Positions 63,291-64,000 of a DNA stretch of 64,000 bases are shown one piece after another. Numbering within the stretch: position 1 is the stretch's first letter; every line of letters begins with the position of its first letter. The position numbers and the translations under genes are program-made. This stretch comes from Auanema rhodensis (Eukaryota > Animalia > Nematoda): NCBI GenBank assembly GCA_964057225.1, contig OZ059899.1, positions 12,090,001-12,154,000 on the forward strand, in the 5' to 3' direction. The notes under the pieces are model-generated. The model was not told the origin of the DNA and did not search any database. It saw only the letters and a program-made list of their open reading frames with translations.

Positions 63291-64000
63291 CCGCCGGCTG
63301 ACCGCTCGATCGATAAGTTCACTTGGTGTGTTGGCGTGTTGCCCAGACAAACTCCCGCCTCTCTCTGCGTCTCTGATCGTACTCTAGCTGTCTAACCACC
63401 ACCCGTCTGGCCAGGCGTAGAGGCGGGGTTGAGCGTTCACTATTGGAGTTATCAATAGGTTGATATCATACAGAAGTACCTTCCGATGAGGTGGTAATAT
63501 TTGAGAATGGAATGTGTGTAAAGTAGTCTGCAACTGTAATAAAACATAGTGCTTGTAAGATATATGTCGAAAATTAAAAAGAAACGAATAGAAAAGAAGA
63601 GCTCGTTGAAAGGGAAACTGTTATTTCAAAAACGGAACTTTGAAGTAATGGAGATATCAAAAATATATTCAAATGAGAAACGTCCAACATGTCACCAAAA
63701 GACAAATTATGAACATACATAGAAATGTGGCACACACGCTGTTTCAGCTGCCGCATGTTTTCAAAGAATGTCGCATCAGAAAGCAGCTAAGCCGGAGGCT
63801 GGGCAACATAACGGCTGCCATAAAAATCGTCCCCAAAATGGCGCTTCTCACGAGATAGATGATATTTAACTATTATCATTAAGGCATTCGTAACAAATTC
63901 ATTGCAATATACGGGATATACTGATTAAGAGTTTAAAAAAATTTCAAAAAATAGAAATATTTATTTCAACAAATTCAATCGTTATTGTGAAAACATCGAA

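Noticed and set aside
63440-63460. Hairpin with TTATC resembling a stem-bulge (sb) RNA
   Set aside because: The conserved sbRNA stem motifs, Pol III promoter and T-run terminator are not evident.
1-64000. tRNA, rRNA, SL RNA, CRISPR arrays, transposases
   Set aside because: No T-loop/B-box cloverleaf, SL leader sequence, spaced direct repeats or transposase/RT motifs recognised.

Overview
This is AT-rich eukaryotic DNA with many ~40-55 nt GT-AG introns and TTTCAG/TTTTAG-type acceptors just upstream of start codons, which is typical of a rhabditid nematode. I can assemble about 12 intron-containing genes. On the minus strand are the 5' part of anc-1 (nesprin, running off the left edge, with three candidate first exons), a small unannotated single-pass membrane microprotein, tensin tns-1, an uncharacterised protein with a Dapper/Dact-like N-terminal helix, a GMPPA homolog and scpl-3/CTDSPL2. 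On the plus strand are a double-length cytosolic tyrosyl-tRNA synthetase and a compact operon-like cluster: tufm-2, cogc-5, a TFIIIC triple-barrel subunit, met-1/SETD2 and mus-81. The most interesting items are the Dact-like gene (Dact is described as chordate-specific), the asymmetric pseudo-dimeric TyrRS, the hidden microprotein with a PxIxIT-like motif, and a PTEN-Long-like open in-frame leader upstream of tensin. Exons were assembled by hand, and homologies rest on recalled sequences rather than database searches. I recognised no tRNA, rRNA, CRISPR array or transposase.
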